A stretch of 64,000 nt of DNA from Candidatus Poribacteria bacterium (GTDB taxonomy: Bacteria > Poribacteria > WGA-4E > PCPOR2b), in the NCBI GenBank assembly GCA_965215015.1, contig OZ244042.1, positions 3,872,001 through 3,936,000 of the forward strand, in the 5' to 3' direction. Numbering within the stretch: the stretch's first letter is position 1; every line of letters begins with the position of its first letter. Below are positions 11,001 to 19,320 of this stretch, one piece after another. The notes beneath the pieces are model-generated. The model did not search any database. It saw only the letters and a program-made list of their open reading frames with translations, and was not told the DNA's origin. Made by a program: the position numbers and the translations under genes.

Positions 11001-11616
11001 TTGTTCCGACAAGCGGTAGATTGTGTTCCTTAGCAAGCTCAATCATCACAGAGTAAGCACGCGCTTCGTCAGGAATGCCGTGATTTTGAACTTCAACGTA
11101 TAGGTTATCTTTGCCCATAATATCTTGGAGCAGCCGGAAATTTTTCACTGCCCTTTCGCGCTGATCGGAGGCAAGAAGCGCAGGAACGTAGCCTTGAATG
11201 CACCCTGTCAAGGCAATAATTCCTTCATGATGTTCGCGCAAAATCTCCATATCAATGCGAGGTCTTGAGTAGAAACCTTCAAGGTAAGCGATCGACCCAA
11301 GTTTCATGAGGTTTTTATACCCGGTCGCATTTTCAGCCAGCAGCGTTAGATGGTAGGGACTGCCTTGTTTTTTTTCGCGGTCATGGCGGCTGTTGGGGGC
11401 AACATATGCTTCGCAGCCGACAATTGGGTTGACGCCTTTGTCCTTTGCTTTCTTGTAAAACTCCCACGCCCCGAACATGTTACCGTGGTCTGTCAGCGCA
11501 ACAGCAGGGGCACTATTTTTATACGCCCATTCAATCATGTCAGGGATTCGACAAGCACCATCAAGCAGACTATATTCGCTATGGTTGTGTAGATGAACGA
11601 ATGCAGATTTTGCCAT
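8089..11616 (-). CDS. dnaE: DNA polymerase III alpha subunit
   Basis: FVHLHNHSEYSLLDGA PHP domain, RGSAGGSL, SMPDIDIDF, KFDFLGL, YAFNRSH, OB fold; start placed at ATG 11616 after GAAGGA. Confidence 0.97.
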   Translation of the reverse strand: MAKSAFVHLHNHSEYSLLDGACRIPDMIEWAYKNSAPAVALTDHGNMFGAWEFYKKAKDKGVNPIVGCEAYVAPNSRHDREKKQGSPYHLTLLAENATGYKNLMKLGSIAYLEGFYSRPRIDMEILREHHEGIIALTGCIQGYVPALLASDQRERAVKNFRLLQDIMGKDNLYVEVQNHGIPDEARAYSVMIELAKEHNLPLVGTNDCHYLNSTDHTMHDVLLCIQMKRAVKEEDRMKFLNQFHFKSVDEMHQALREYPPEAITNTLEIAKRCQLKLDYGEHIMPKYEVPEGYTADSYLSKLCYDALRKKYGELSTEMKERLDYELDIIQKTGYAGYLLIVWDYVNFARKRGFPLNARGSAGGSLALFALGVTTFEPMKYDCMFERFLNLDRISMPDIDIDFGDEHRKIVIDYLTNKYGAECVGQVATFSTFGAKAAVADVGRALDVPVQDVRRVTQLVPTIPGVTLDESLEEVPQLREVAEAQENREMMDIAKSIEGMKRHVSIHACGVVLSNGPLTDYVPLFKDKHGRIATQFDLKMLEDVGMVKFDFLGLRTLNEVYDCLARIKENHGKEISLEEIPFDDEKTYGLISYGLVGGLFQLETSPGMRRVIMQIKPSNFEDFIPIPALYRPGPLDSGMMDSFIRRKLKIEKVDYLHPTLEDALKNTYGVCIYQEQVMQIARDMANFTLGEADVLRDAMGKKKMDVLKMQREKFIKGALNNNIKAEDAEKVFDYLEPFGRYAFNRSHTVAYAILSYQTAYLKTHYPREFMASMMTGESADSDKIRKYIGECTELSAYLETKIQVLPPDISSSSKDFTVVGDDIRFGLAAVKNVSESALETIVKAREQGGSFKSIQDFCERVDTKVVNKRAIESLIMAGAFDALDGHRAQQLASLEQIMKVAQSTQQDREKGQMGLFGAAEEMPMTQMELVDMPEWPHADILKNEKEQLGFYLSGHPLEQYEDIMKYYTTVTSQTLGEPPSGAEVYAAGQLISVRLTKTKKGDPMAILVVEDLEGTTDVVVFPEAYKNSRDAIEAEAVVWIRGNVGENRRKNGGSDDEIEEDTHQIQAEEILSIDAVVDRLTSAVEVTISESDAVNQEKLDALRSICLQEKGGHDLILRLLTPKYGEVIAQCSSRYNISYASQTVSKIEALFGSDSVKPSNRTTRVGEKSSSVMSYV

Positions 11617-11690
11617 ATTATGTATCCTTCCAATAAGCAATCAAACAGTGAGTTATAAAAAAACACGGGCTCTGTCGATTTTTCTAGGGT

Positions 11691-11931
11691 TAGGAGTTAC
11701 GCTCTTGAGAGTGTCGTAACGCGATTCAACCCGCGTCCCGATCCCCCCCCTTAGTCCCCCCGCAAGCGGCTGGAAAAGAACCGTAACTGCGAAATGTACC
11801 AAACATAGGACTTCTGTCGGTTGATTTTTCAAAATCAAAAATACCGAGAACATTGCGCTATAATCCGGGTGTTTTGTCGAGATATGAATCTCGACCGACA
11901 AGGCTTCGAGGGTTCAACTGCGTAACTCCTA
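11691..11931. mobile_element. MITE with TAGGAGTTACGC terminal inverted repeats carrying nested REP palindromes
   Basis: TAGGAGTTACGC...GCGTAACTCCTA ends; also 14695-14786 and 46431-46737; lone ends at 14257-14269 and 59180. Confidence 0.7.
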
Positions 11932-12004
11932 TAGGGTATCTTCTACCAACAAACCTGCCCTACCAATTTTACTAATGATCATCCGCATGGTGATGTGCAT
12001 CGCG

Positions 12005-12871
12005 CTAATGTAAGCTATGGTGATCGTGGGTCACAGCACGTGTCAAGAGAAAAACAGCCAATAAACCAACTATGAAAACTATTGCCGCGATAGCCTTATT
12101 AGAAGAAAAAATTCTTTCTTTTATCGAAAGGACTTTGTGAGAATCTACATCTTCAGAATGCGGAGCGTGGGTGGGCACCTCATGACCGCCCTGAAAGCTC
12201 TCAATTGCCACATTCAACAGCGTGCCGGCAGCGAAGGCCGTCAGGTATTCGATAAATTCACCGAGCCTTCCACTCAAAATACGTTCCCCGATAAATGCAC
12301 CAATGACCGGCGCAATCGAGAGCGGAAGAAGCCGCCCGACGGTTGAGACAAATGCCAATCGTGCGCTGAACTGTAAACGAGATCCGAAGGGGAGGCCACG
12401 CCCATTGGCTGCAATAAGTGAGTTGGTACTGAGATACGCGAGCGTCAGCACAAAAGCAACTGGCAGGCGGTGTATTAAAATCACAGCAGCAAGCCCGGGA
12501 CCGAGCATCTCGTGTTTGCTTGCAATAACGAGGTTAAATCCATCGCTCAACGCGTGGATGGATAGCCCAATCAGTGTCACATCTGCGACCCATCGGTGAC
12601 TCTGTAGCGGGAATCGTGATTTGTTATGACTGATCCGCTCGAGCAGAAAGATTGGCAGAAAACCGGCCCCCATGACAAGGAGGCTTACCCAACCGAGATC
12701 TTTATAAAGGTGGGGTATGAGGAAAAAACCAATAAACCCCAAAACGGTACTGGCTTTGAACCCCATGAGTATTGCGAAAATGATCGGATCTGAACGGAGC
12801 GTATAGAAGGCGATGAGGGCACCGATAAAGATCGAGAGTACTGCAATTGTGAGATAGATAGTAAGCATCAA
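12005..12871 (-). CDS. ZIP (ZupT-like) divalent metal transporter
   Basis: Multiple TM helices, GLSIHALSDG and ILIHRLP signatures, FAAGTLL, His-rich loop and C-terminus. Confidence 0.8.
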   Translation of the reverse strand: MMLTIYLTIAVLSIFIGALIAFYTLRSDPIIFAILMGFKASTVLGFIGFFLIPHLYKDLGWVSLLVMGAGFLPIFLLERISHNKSRFPLQSHRWVADVTLIGLSIHALSDGFNLVIASKHEMLGPGLAAVILIHRLPVAFVLTLAYLSTNSLIAANGRGLPFGSRLQFSARLAFVSTVGRLLPLSIAPVIGAFIGERILSGRLGEFIEYLTAFAAGTLLNVAIESFQGGHEVPTHAPHSEDVDSHKVLSIKERIFSSNKAIAAIVFIVGLLAVFLLTRAVTHDHHSLH

Positions 12872-13396
12872 ATCTTGGGACTAGGGCTCCCACTCCTTTG
12901 TATATAAGAGCAATCTATTCTATTGTAACTCAACTACTATGTTTTTGTCACTGAAAATCCTAATATGGTGAGTGCGGCAATCCATTATCGGAACGAAAAA
13001 AGGCTGCATGTTACACTTCTGCTTTGGAAGGAGGCGTATGCCTATGACTTTGAGACATAACAATGAAAATCCACTCGTAGCCACAGATCTGCCAACCTGT
13101 GATCGCCTACAGGTTGGCAGACCTCATGCTACGACAGGGGTTGCCCCAAGGTTCTGATGGCTGAACTGCCTAATTCCTATAACAGATGCAATTCCCCTAG
13201 TCAACAGAGCCTAAATATTAAAATCTATCGATTTTCTGTTAAAGTTGAAGTATTTTCGCTCCGGAGGAGCGATAGGACTATAGAATACCGATAGCTCTAA
13301 TACCCGCGTTCCAGGGGAGTGCAATGTATAGAGCCCATCAGCTCAATACACCTTTGAGCGAATGAACCAACACTGCAATTCCCAAAGTAAATTCCC

Positions 13397-13981
13397 CTAC
13401 GGTGTAACCGTTACTGGAATCAGGAGTGCCGCCGTAAAATCTGCATGATCGCCATGCCAGAGCTGGAACTTAATCTCTGTCTCACCACTTTTAAGGCCTT
13501 TCACCTCAAAAGTGAATTGCTCGGCGAGCTCATCATCGTGGTGTTCCTCATCTTCATGATGGTCATTGTGCTCATCTTCATGATGATCGCCCTCACCTTC
13601 GTAAAGGTGGATTTCAATGATTGACGAATCAAATTCACTGACAGATAAGGCATATACCTCTTCCTCATCATGGTCATGATCGTCATGATCTTCCTCCTCT
13701 TCAGCGCTTTCAGGGAAAAATTCATCTTCATCATGGTCAAGGAACGCAGCGAGAATCTCTAATTCCTCTCCAACTTTAAGGGTGATATTGCCCTCATGAG
13801 TTCCTTGAAACTGACGGTAAATCTCCTTACCGTCAACCTTGAGGGTAAAGCCGTCAGCATCGGCATGCTCGGCATGACCACCGTCCGCGTCGGCAACAGG
13901 ATTATCATCTTCGCCACAAGCGGCGAACAACACAACAAATGCGAATAGCAATAGCGTGAATCTAAAGAAACGCGTAAACAT
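13397..13981 (-). CDS. His/Asp/Glu-rich lipoprotein, putative metal-binding
   Basis: Lipobox LFAAC; tracts DHDDHDHDEE and DHHEDEHNDHHEDEEHHDDE; C-terminal HGDHADF; SD GGAGG before ATG 13981. Confidence 0.8.
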   Translation of the reverse strand: MFTRFFRFTLLLFAFVVLFAACGEDDNPVADADGGHAEHADADGFTLKVDGKEIYRQFQGTHEGNITLKVGEELEILAAFLDHDEDEFFPESAEEEEDHDDHDHDEEEVYALSVSEFDSSIIEIHLYEGEGDHHEDEHNDHHEDEEHHDDELAEQFTFEVKGLKSGETEIKFQLWHGDHADFTAALLIPVTVTP

Positions 13982-14092
13982 AATGTCCTCCAAATATAGA
14001 TAGATTGTTTTTCCCAGCATCACGACTGATGAAATAGTAATGAGACCGACGCCGTTGAAGACTCAATGCTAACACTAGAAACGAGCACACCA

Positions 14093-14191
14093 TGTGCCCG
14101 GTGGATTGTGCCAATCGGGTGGCGCAATCCTGTCGGATATTCTATGGCGCAAGAGTCCCTGTATCCTTTGACAACTCAGCACCGGGGCACA
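14093..14191 (-). ncRNA. Candidate structured cis-regulatory RNA (three-way junction) in the lipoprotein leader
   Basis: P1 UGUGCCCCGGU/ACCGGGCACA, P2 UGUC(aaa)GGAUA/UAUCCGACA, P3 GGAUUGCGCCA/UGGCACAAUCC; no family recognised. Confidence 0.4.
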
Positions 14192-14366
14192 CTCCCCTGA
14201 GAGCCGATTCATCTAAGGAACTCGTAGGGGACACCGATCGGTATTCCCTACTGAAGTGCGTAAGTCCTAAGGAAATATAGGCAGACTATCACCAAGGTCA
14301 AATCAGCCGGAAAAAGGCAAAAATTGATTGAATCAAAAAAACAGAGATATGGGTTAAGCGATGAGA

Positions 14367-14669
14367 TTAAACGGAGGACACTGGTGGGGCACGACTTTGG
14401 ATACTGTTGTCAAGTATCGTGGAAATGAAAGTAAGGCTGAAAGGGGGGTGAATTGAGAGGCAGGTATCAAGATTGGTAATTTCAACAACATCAAGCTCAA
14501 CACCAACGTGGTTGACATTGAAGAAGCAAGCAGAACAATCTGTCGAACAGTGGCCAGTGTGGTCGTGTTCATGTTCATGTGCCACTCCAACCAGCCCAAT
14601 TGCCATCAGAGTACAAAAAATCCCAATTACCCAGCCGGTTGGATTGATGTGGATTCGATTGTTTTGCAA
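14367..14669 (-). CDS. DUF2946-like (CruR/CutF-type) leader peptide with His-rich/CxxC sensor and RAPP arrest motif
   Basis: Hydrophobic N-segment, HEHEHDHTGHCSTDCSAC, SRAPP four residues before the stop; SD GAGGGA before TTG. Confidence 0.75.
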   Translation of the reverse strand: MQNNRIHINPTGWVIGIFCTLMAIGLVGVAHEHEHDHTGHCSTDCSACFFNVNHVGVELDVVEITNLDTCLSIHPPFSLTFISTILDNSIQSRAPPVSSV

Positions 14670-14694
14670 AAACCTGTCCCTCTTCCAGATAATT

Positions 14695-14786
14695 TAGGAG
14701 TTACGCCGTTGAACCCTCGAAGCCTTGTTGGTCGAGATTCATATCTCGACACAGAAACGTTGATTCCATCAAGGGCGTAACTCCTA
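14695..14786. mobile_element. Short TAGGAGTTACGC-TIR MITE between the promoter and the leader ORF
   Basis: TIRs at both ends; internal GTCGAGATTCATATCTCGAC palindrome at 14731-14750. Confidence 0.7.
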
Positions 14787-14799
14787 TAATTGATAAGAG

Positions 14800-14828
14800 A
14801 TTATAGCACAACCCCCTGGTTTTGACAA
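14800..14828 (-). promoter_or_regulatory. sigma70 promoter TTGTCA-N17-TATAAT with extended -10
   Basis: Minus strand: TTGTCA aaaccagggggttgTGc TATAAT. Confidence 0.7.
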
Positions 14829-15455
14829 CTTTTTTAGTCGGCTGCGAAGTTTATAGTTGAATATGCCGCCTATGATATTGCGGTGCTAAAGACACAATCC
14901 AAGTCTATTCCAAGAGGCGGAACCCATGACAACATGTTCCCATCGATCTGTGCACGGTTGCTGTTCATTGATGCCTCGGTTCAAGCAGAGCCCCAATAAA
15001 TCGGGGTTCAAAACAACTTGAGATTTTTGTAGGGCAATTTTCCAAAATCGACATTTCTTGCTGATGGTTACAACGTTTGCTGAATTGGCGACACACAAAA
15101 TGTCAACACGCCTTGCGGATGTCGGTTATGTTAGCATAGGACTATTTAGTTTTCGGTTTTCTCTCTACCTGAGGGGTGTGGATTCGGAAATCCCTCCTAT
15201 AGAAGAACGAAATGCCCTAATATGTCAACTAGGTCATTTAACGGATTGTCCCCACTTGCGGGGGGATTAGAGGGGCTTGGGCTTCTTCTCCCCGTCGCAG
15301 ACAATCCTTACCCCCGGCCCCGTAAACGGAAAGAAGAATAAGACACACGCTAGAATACTGAGTGATCCCAGAATCCAGACAGATTGGGAAATATTGGGGT
15401 AACGGTAATTTTCTGTCATGTCAACCGCCGATTTGCGGAACATCGGTAATCGGTA

Positions 15456-15884
15456 TCACGCGTCGGGGGCCGTGCTTTCTGCCTCACTAAAGACTTCCAT
15501 TCCAGCAGACCCATCGGCAACTTTCCGAATTTGGGTCTCGAAGCCGGGGGGAGACAGTGCCCACGTAATCCAGAGCGGCGTGTCGCTCGTGTTGACAAAG
15601 CGGTGTTCAACCTTTGGCGGCAGGTAAATCACCGTTCCCCGTTTCAGGTCTGCCACCTCGTCACCGACATATCCTACACCTTGCCCGCCAAATACAAAGA
15701 TAATCTCCTCTGCGTCTGCGTGGGAATGCCACGGAATTTCGCTGTGAGGATCAATTTCCTCTAGCCCCATTGAAAAATGCTTTGTATTGGCTGTCTTGGG
15801 TTCAATACAGGTATACAATGTGCGCGGTGCTTCGCCTTCAATCCGAACGACTTCTGCATTTTCTTTGTGGAAAAAGTATCCCAT
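15456..15884 (-). CDS. Cupin domain protein
   Basis: IPWHSHADAEEIIFV..G.G and YLPPKVEHRFVN cupin motifs. Confidence 0.88.
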   Translation of the reverse strand: MGYFFHKENAEVVRIEGEAPRTLYTCIEPKTANTKHFSMGLEEIDPHSEIPWHSHADAEEIIFVFGGQGVGYVGDEVADLKRGTVIYLPPKVEHRFVNTSDTPLWITWALSPPGFETQIRKVADGSAGMEVFSEAESTAPDA

Positions 15885-16009
15885 TGTATCTTCCTTTTAG
15901 ATGTGTATAGTGGTGACGTTTCACGTTTTGTAACCGAAGTTGCTACTATCTTAGGCAAACCGGGAATATCGAGATATGAATCTCGACCAACAGGTATCTA
16001 TTTGAGGCA

Positions 16010-17314
16010 TCACGTCTTCTGTGGTTTTTTCTTTGCAGCGGGAAACAAGATGTTATTCAGGATAAGCCGATAACCCGGCGAATGTTTATGGAGGTCTAGG
16101 TTGGTTGGGACCTTTCCTTCTCCGACAAGGTGACGATAGTCCTCCGGATCATGTCCGCCGAGGAAGGTAAACGTCCCTTTCCCCAATTTGCCATGAAGGT
16201 ATTTGGCGTAGTGGCTCCCCTCAATGTCCCCCATGATTGTGATAGTTTCACGGAGGGTGTTTTTGTTGAACGATGTGGTTTGTCCTAGGAATCCCCGCAC
16301 CCGATTCACATGATTTTGGGTGAGCATAGTGGGGATAGGATCGTGTTTTGCGGCAAACTCAAACAGGATGAAATCCTCCAGACCTGAGAGCGGGTTGAGC
16401 TCCGGTCGTGGGTTATCGATATTTGAAAATTCGTACCGATTTGGGTTGGGATAGAGGACAAATTTCTCAAAGGCAAAGGTTTTATCGAAATCGAGTTTGG
16501 ACTGATAGTCTGGATCCAGTGGGGTTCCGTCGAGCTCCGGGGCGACGATATCCACACCTCCTTCGTTTGTTGCAAGTGCAATATCCAACGTTTCTGGCGC
16601 GGAGCACATAGCGAAAAGAAATCCACCTTTGATGATGTAATCTTGGATTAACTGGGTAATGTATGCTTTGTGCTTCGGTACGCTATTAAATCCTGCATCG
16701 GCTGCAGCCTGTTCAAACAGATGCTTGCGTTGTTGATACCAGACATGCCCCTTATACGCGCTGTAGAATTTTCCGTGCTGCCCTGTAAAATCTTCATGAT
16801 GCAGATGCAACCAATCGTACTGCTCCGTAAACAGTACACCCGCTTCAACCTCCTGATCCCAGATTGTATGGTAAGGGATTTCCGCATATTTTAGAGCGAT
16901 CTTCACGGCATCATCCCACGGATCTCGGTAGGGCGAATCCTCCGATGGGGCGTATACGGCAATCTTGGGAGCCTTTTCCAGCAAGATTTCATCCATGTTG
17001 CTGTTATCCATTTCGGCTTGAATAGCACCGTACTCGGCGGTCGAGATTGGCTGAAAACTCACCCCCATCGTTTGGGCCTTAAGTTGCACATCTGGGGAAT
17101 CATGCAAAAGAAAAGAGCCCCCGCGGTAGTTCAACAACCACCTTGCGTCATATTCACGGGGCACCTCCAGCGTCCAGTAGGTCAATCCGTAAGCCTTCAG
17201 ATGGTTAATCTGTGTATTATCCATCGGTACAAGTAACCACTGTGGGTAGACGCTGCCTGCTGCTACAAAAAAAAGCAGCAAACATAGTGGTGCCAATTTG
17301 CTTGTTGTGTTCAT
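16010..17314 (-). CDS. Secreted conserved protein of the Bacteroidota-type family often mislabelled 'asparagine synthetase B'
   Basis: Signal peptide; HLKAYG, WLLNYRGGSF, PWDDAV, YDWLHLHHEDFTGQ, GHDPEDYRH, SPGYRLILNNILFPAA. Confidence 0.75.
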   Translation of the reverse strand: MNTTSKLAPLCLLLFFVAAGSVYPQWLLVPMDNTQINHLKAYGLTYWTLEVPREYDARWLLNYRGGSFLLHDSPDVQLKAQTMGVSFQPISTAEYGAIQAEMDNSNMDEILLEKAPKIAVYAPSEDSPYRDPWDDAVKIALKYAEIPYHTIWDQEVEAGVLFTEQYDWLHLHHEDFTGQHGKFYSAYKGHVWYQQRKHLFEQAAADAGFNSVPKHKAYITQLIQDYIIKGGFLFAMCSAPETLDIALATNEGGVDIVAPELDGTPLDPDYQSKLDFDKTFAFEKFVLYPNPNRYEFSNIDNPRPELNPLSGLEDFILFEFAAKHDPIPTMLTQNHVNRVRGFLGQTTSFNKNTLRETITIMGDIEGSHYAKYLHGKLGKGTFTFLGGHDPEDYRHLVGEGKVPTNLDLHKHSPGYRLILNNILFPAAKKKPQKT

Positions 17315-17346
17315 TAGTTTTCCCTTTATTTAAAAATATTTAAAAA

Positions 17347-17829
17347 CTACAATCCCAGAAACACCTTGACAATCAAAGCGATGAGTGCTAGATATATTGG
17401 TGTCATCAATCCAATAATCCATCTTAACTGCGTGTTGAGTTGACCCTCAATCCCAGAAATCCGTCCCTCAATTACCTCAAAACGCCTTTCAACTGCTTCA
17501 AAACGTCTCTCTATCTGCTCGAAACGTCTCTCCATCTGCTCGAAACGTCCCTCTATCTGCTCGAAACGATAGTTGACAGACTGGGTAAGGTCGTCAATAC
17601 GTTTATCCACCTGTTCAAAGCGGTAATTGAAAAGTTGAATGAGGTCGTCAAAACGTTTGTCCACCTGCTCAAAGCGTTGATTGATAGATTCAACCAGAGC
17701 CTCGAAGCGTTTGTCCATCTGCTCGAACGCGCCGCGCAAGTACGCATTATCTTTGGCATTCTGTTCAGCCATTTTGACGGTTTGCCGAACGGCTTCTCGG
17801 AGTTCAGCGGTCTCAGGATTAATATTCAT
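17347..17829 (-). CDS. Coiled-coil protein with FEQ(V/I)(D/E)(K/R)R heptads and C-terminal membrane anchor (DUF1640/Bdr-like)
   Basis: Heptad repeats encoded by 21-bp DNA repeats; terminal hydrophobic helix. Confidence 0.75.
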   Translation of the reverse strand: MNINPETAELREAVRQTVKMAEQNAKDNAYLRGAFEQMDKRFEALVESINQRFEQVDKRFDDLIQLFNYRFEQVDKRIDDLTQSVNYRFEQIEGRFEQMERRFEQIERRFEAVERRFEVIEGRISGIEGQLNTQLRWIIGLMTPIYLALIALIVKVFLGL

Positions 17830-18099
17830 TAATTGCCTCCCGTTAATTGGATAACATGAATGTAAAGTGTAAGATAAGTGTAGCCTGCTGCGCTATTTCT
17901 TCATTCGATTGTTCAGAGGCTATGAGAGTGTAGCATAGGTTGCCTTGAATCTCAAGGAAGCCCCCCAATTTTTCTGTTTGGCTTCGATTGGAAGGTTCTA
18001 CGCAGAAAGGGTAAGAAAATTGATTGACGGGGAAACGAGCCGATGCAGCTAATTTCCCCGGTCCCCGGAGTCTGGCTAAACTTTCTGAGCCGATCTGTG

Positions 18100-19272
18100 C
18101 TATTGCACTTGGCTGGCGGCGTAATGGAGGATATTCTCTATTAATTTCTTGTTTTTCCCAACAGTGTACCGATTATCGTTACGCAGGCTTGTGATGATGT
18201 ACAAGCCTTTGCCGTGCTTTCGTACACCAACAACGAGGTCACTTCCGTCATTGGAAGTCGCTAACACTTGAAAGTTACTATCCCAATCTGTCCAAGCATC
18301 ATCAATATACAGTTGCCCGGATTGTACTTCATTCGGTTCAGCAAACATTTTTTTCCCTTGTTCCGTCACGGCGAAATTCTGAGTCGGCTTTCGCTCAACA
18401 CCTTTCAAACTTCCTACCAACCAACCGATTTCAAACGGATCGTCCCGGGCCGCGTCTTGTCCGCTCACAATGACAATCCCGCCATTTTCGACGAACCTTC
18501 TGATTTTCTGTTCAGTTGCTTCGTTGAGTAAGTAGCCTCCATAAGCAATCTCCCGATGTCCAAACCACAAAATATCCACCTCGTCTAGGTCAGGCAGCGT
18601 GGAATCTTGGGTTGACTCATAAGCCATCGTTCTGTTTCCAGCCTTGCGGACAGATCGGAGGGCGTTGTATTCATAGCTGACGGTGTTGGTGGGCACAGCA
18701 ATGGGGCCGTCAGATGGCATGGGTTCAGTATTTCCCGTCAAAGTCAATACCTTCAAAGCATGTTCCGGGGCACCGACCCATCTCTCACCCGCGAGAATTG
18801 CTCGGATAACCTCTCGAAATTCTATAGTTGTCCCATTGAATGTCCGCTCCATATAGGGGCACAGATGGGTGAATATCCACCAACCGTCGGGGTTTCCTGT
18901 GCGGTTTCTATACCACGTTCCATCAAAGTATCCAAGCCCTTCGACGGTATGCGTCTGTTGATAAAAAACGATGAGGGGCATGCCAACCTCGAGGAGGCGG
19001 ATCATTTTCTGTGGTGAGCTTCCCCGGACATACCACCCAGTGGCAATATTGAGCTTAATTTGGTCAAGTTTTTTTTCTTTGAGGTCCTCTTCGACCTCAA
19101 TGATGGCGTTCATTCTCTTGGTATCGACACTTTTAATTTTTCCAAACACGATGTTGGTGCTGCCATCAATAATCTCTTGGATGGTAAACTCGCGATAAAT
19201 AAACCCTTGTGCATCTGAGGAAAACAGCGAGCTAATGAGAAGCACGCTTAAAATGGGTAGAAACCGGCGCAT
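18100..19272 (-). CDS. Secreted hypothetical protein, possible C-terminal class I glutamine amidotransferase-like domain
   Basis: Signal peptide MRRFLPILSVLL; IRRFVENGGIVIVSGQ and KHGKGLYIIT; KLIENIL end. Confidence 0.65.
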   Translation of the reverse strand: MRRFLPILSVLLISSLFSSDAQGFIYREFTIQEIIDGSTNIVFGKIKSVDTKRMNAIIEVEEDLKEKKLDQIKLNIATGWYVRGSSPQKMIRLLEVGMPLIVFYQQTHTVEGLGYFDGTWYRNRTGNPDGWWIFTHLCPYMERTFNGTTIEFREVIRAILAGERWVGAPEHALKVLTLTGNTEPMPSDGPIAVPTNTVSYEYNALRSVRKAGNRTMAYESTQDSTLPDLDEVDILWFGHREIAYGGYLLNEATEQKIRRFVENGGIVIVSGQDAARDDPFEIGWLVGSLKGVERKPTQNFAVTEQGKKMFAEPNEVQSGQLYIDDAWTDWDSNFQVLATSNDGSDLVVGVRKHGKGLYIITSLRNDNRYTVGKNKKLIENILHYAASQVQ

Positions 19273-19320
19273 TTCGTGGACTCCTTTCACTCGTTGATTG
19301 TTCGGTACTGCTTCAGCGTT

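Noticed and set aside
8089-11616. Intein or split in dnaE
   Set aside because: Length and motif spacing are normal; no intein blocks seen
14093-14215. TPP, NiCo or yybP-ykoY riboswitch (GGGGAG and CUGAG present)
   Set aside because: The remaining conserved cores could not be found; reported only as an unassigned structure
16010-17314. Asparagine synthetase asnB
   Set aside because: No N-terminal Cys-Gly-Ile Ntn domain or SGGLDS motif; has a signal peptide
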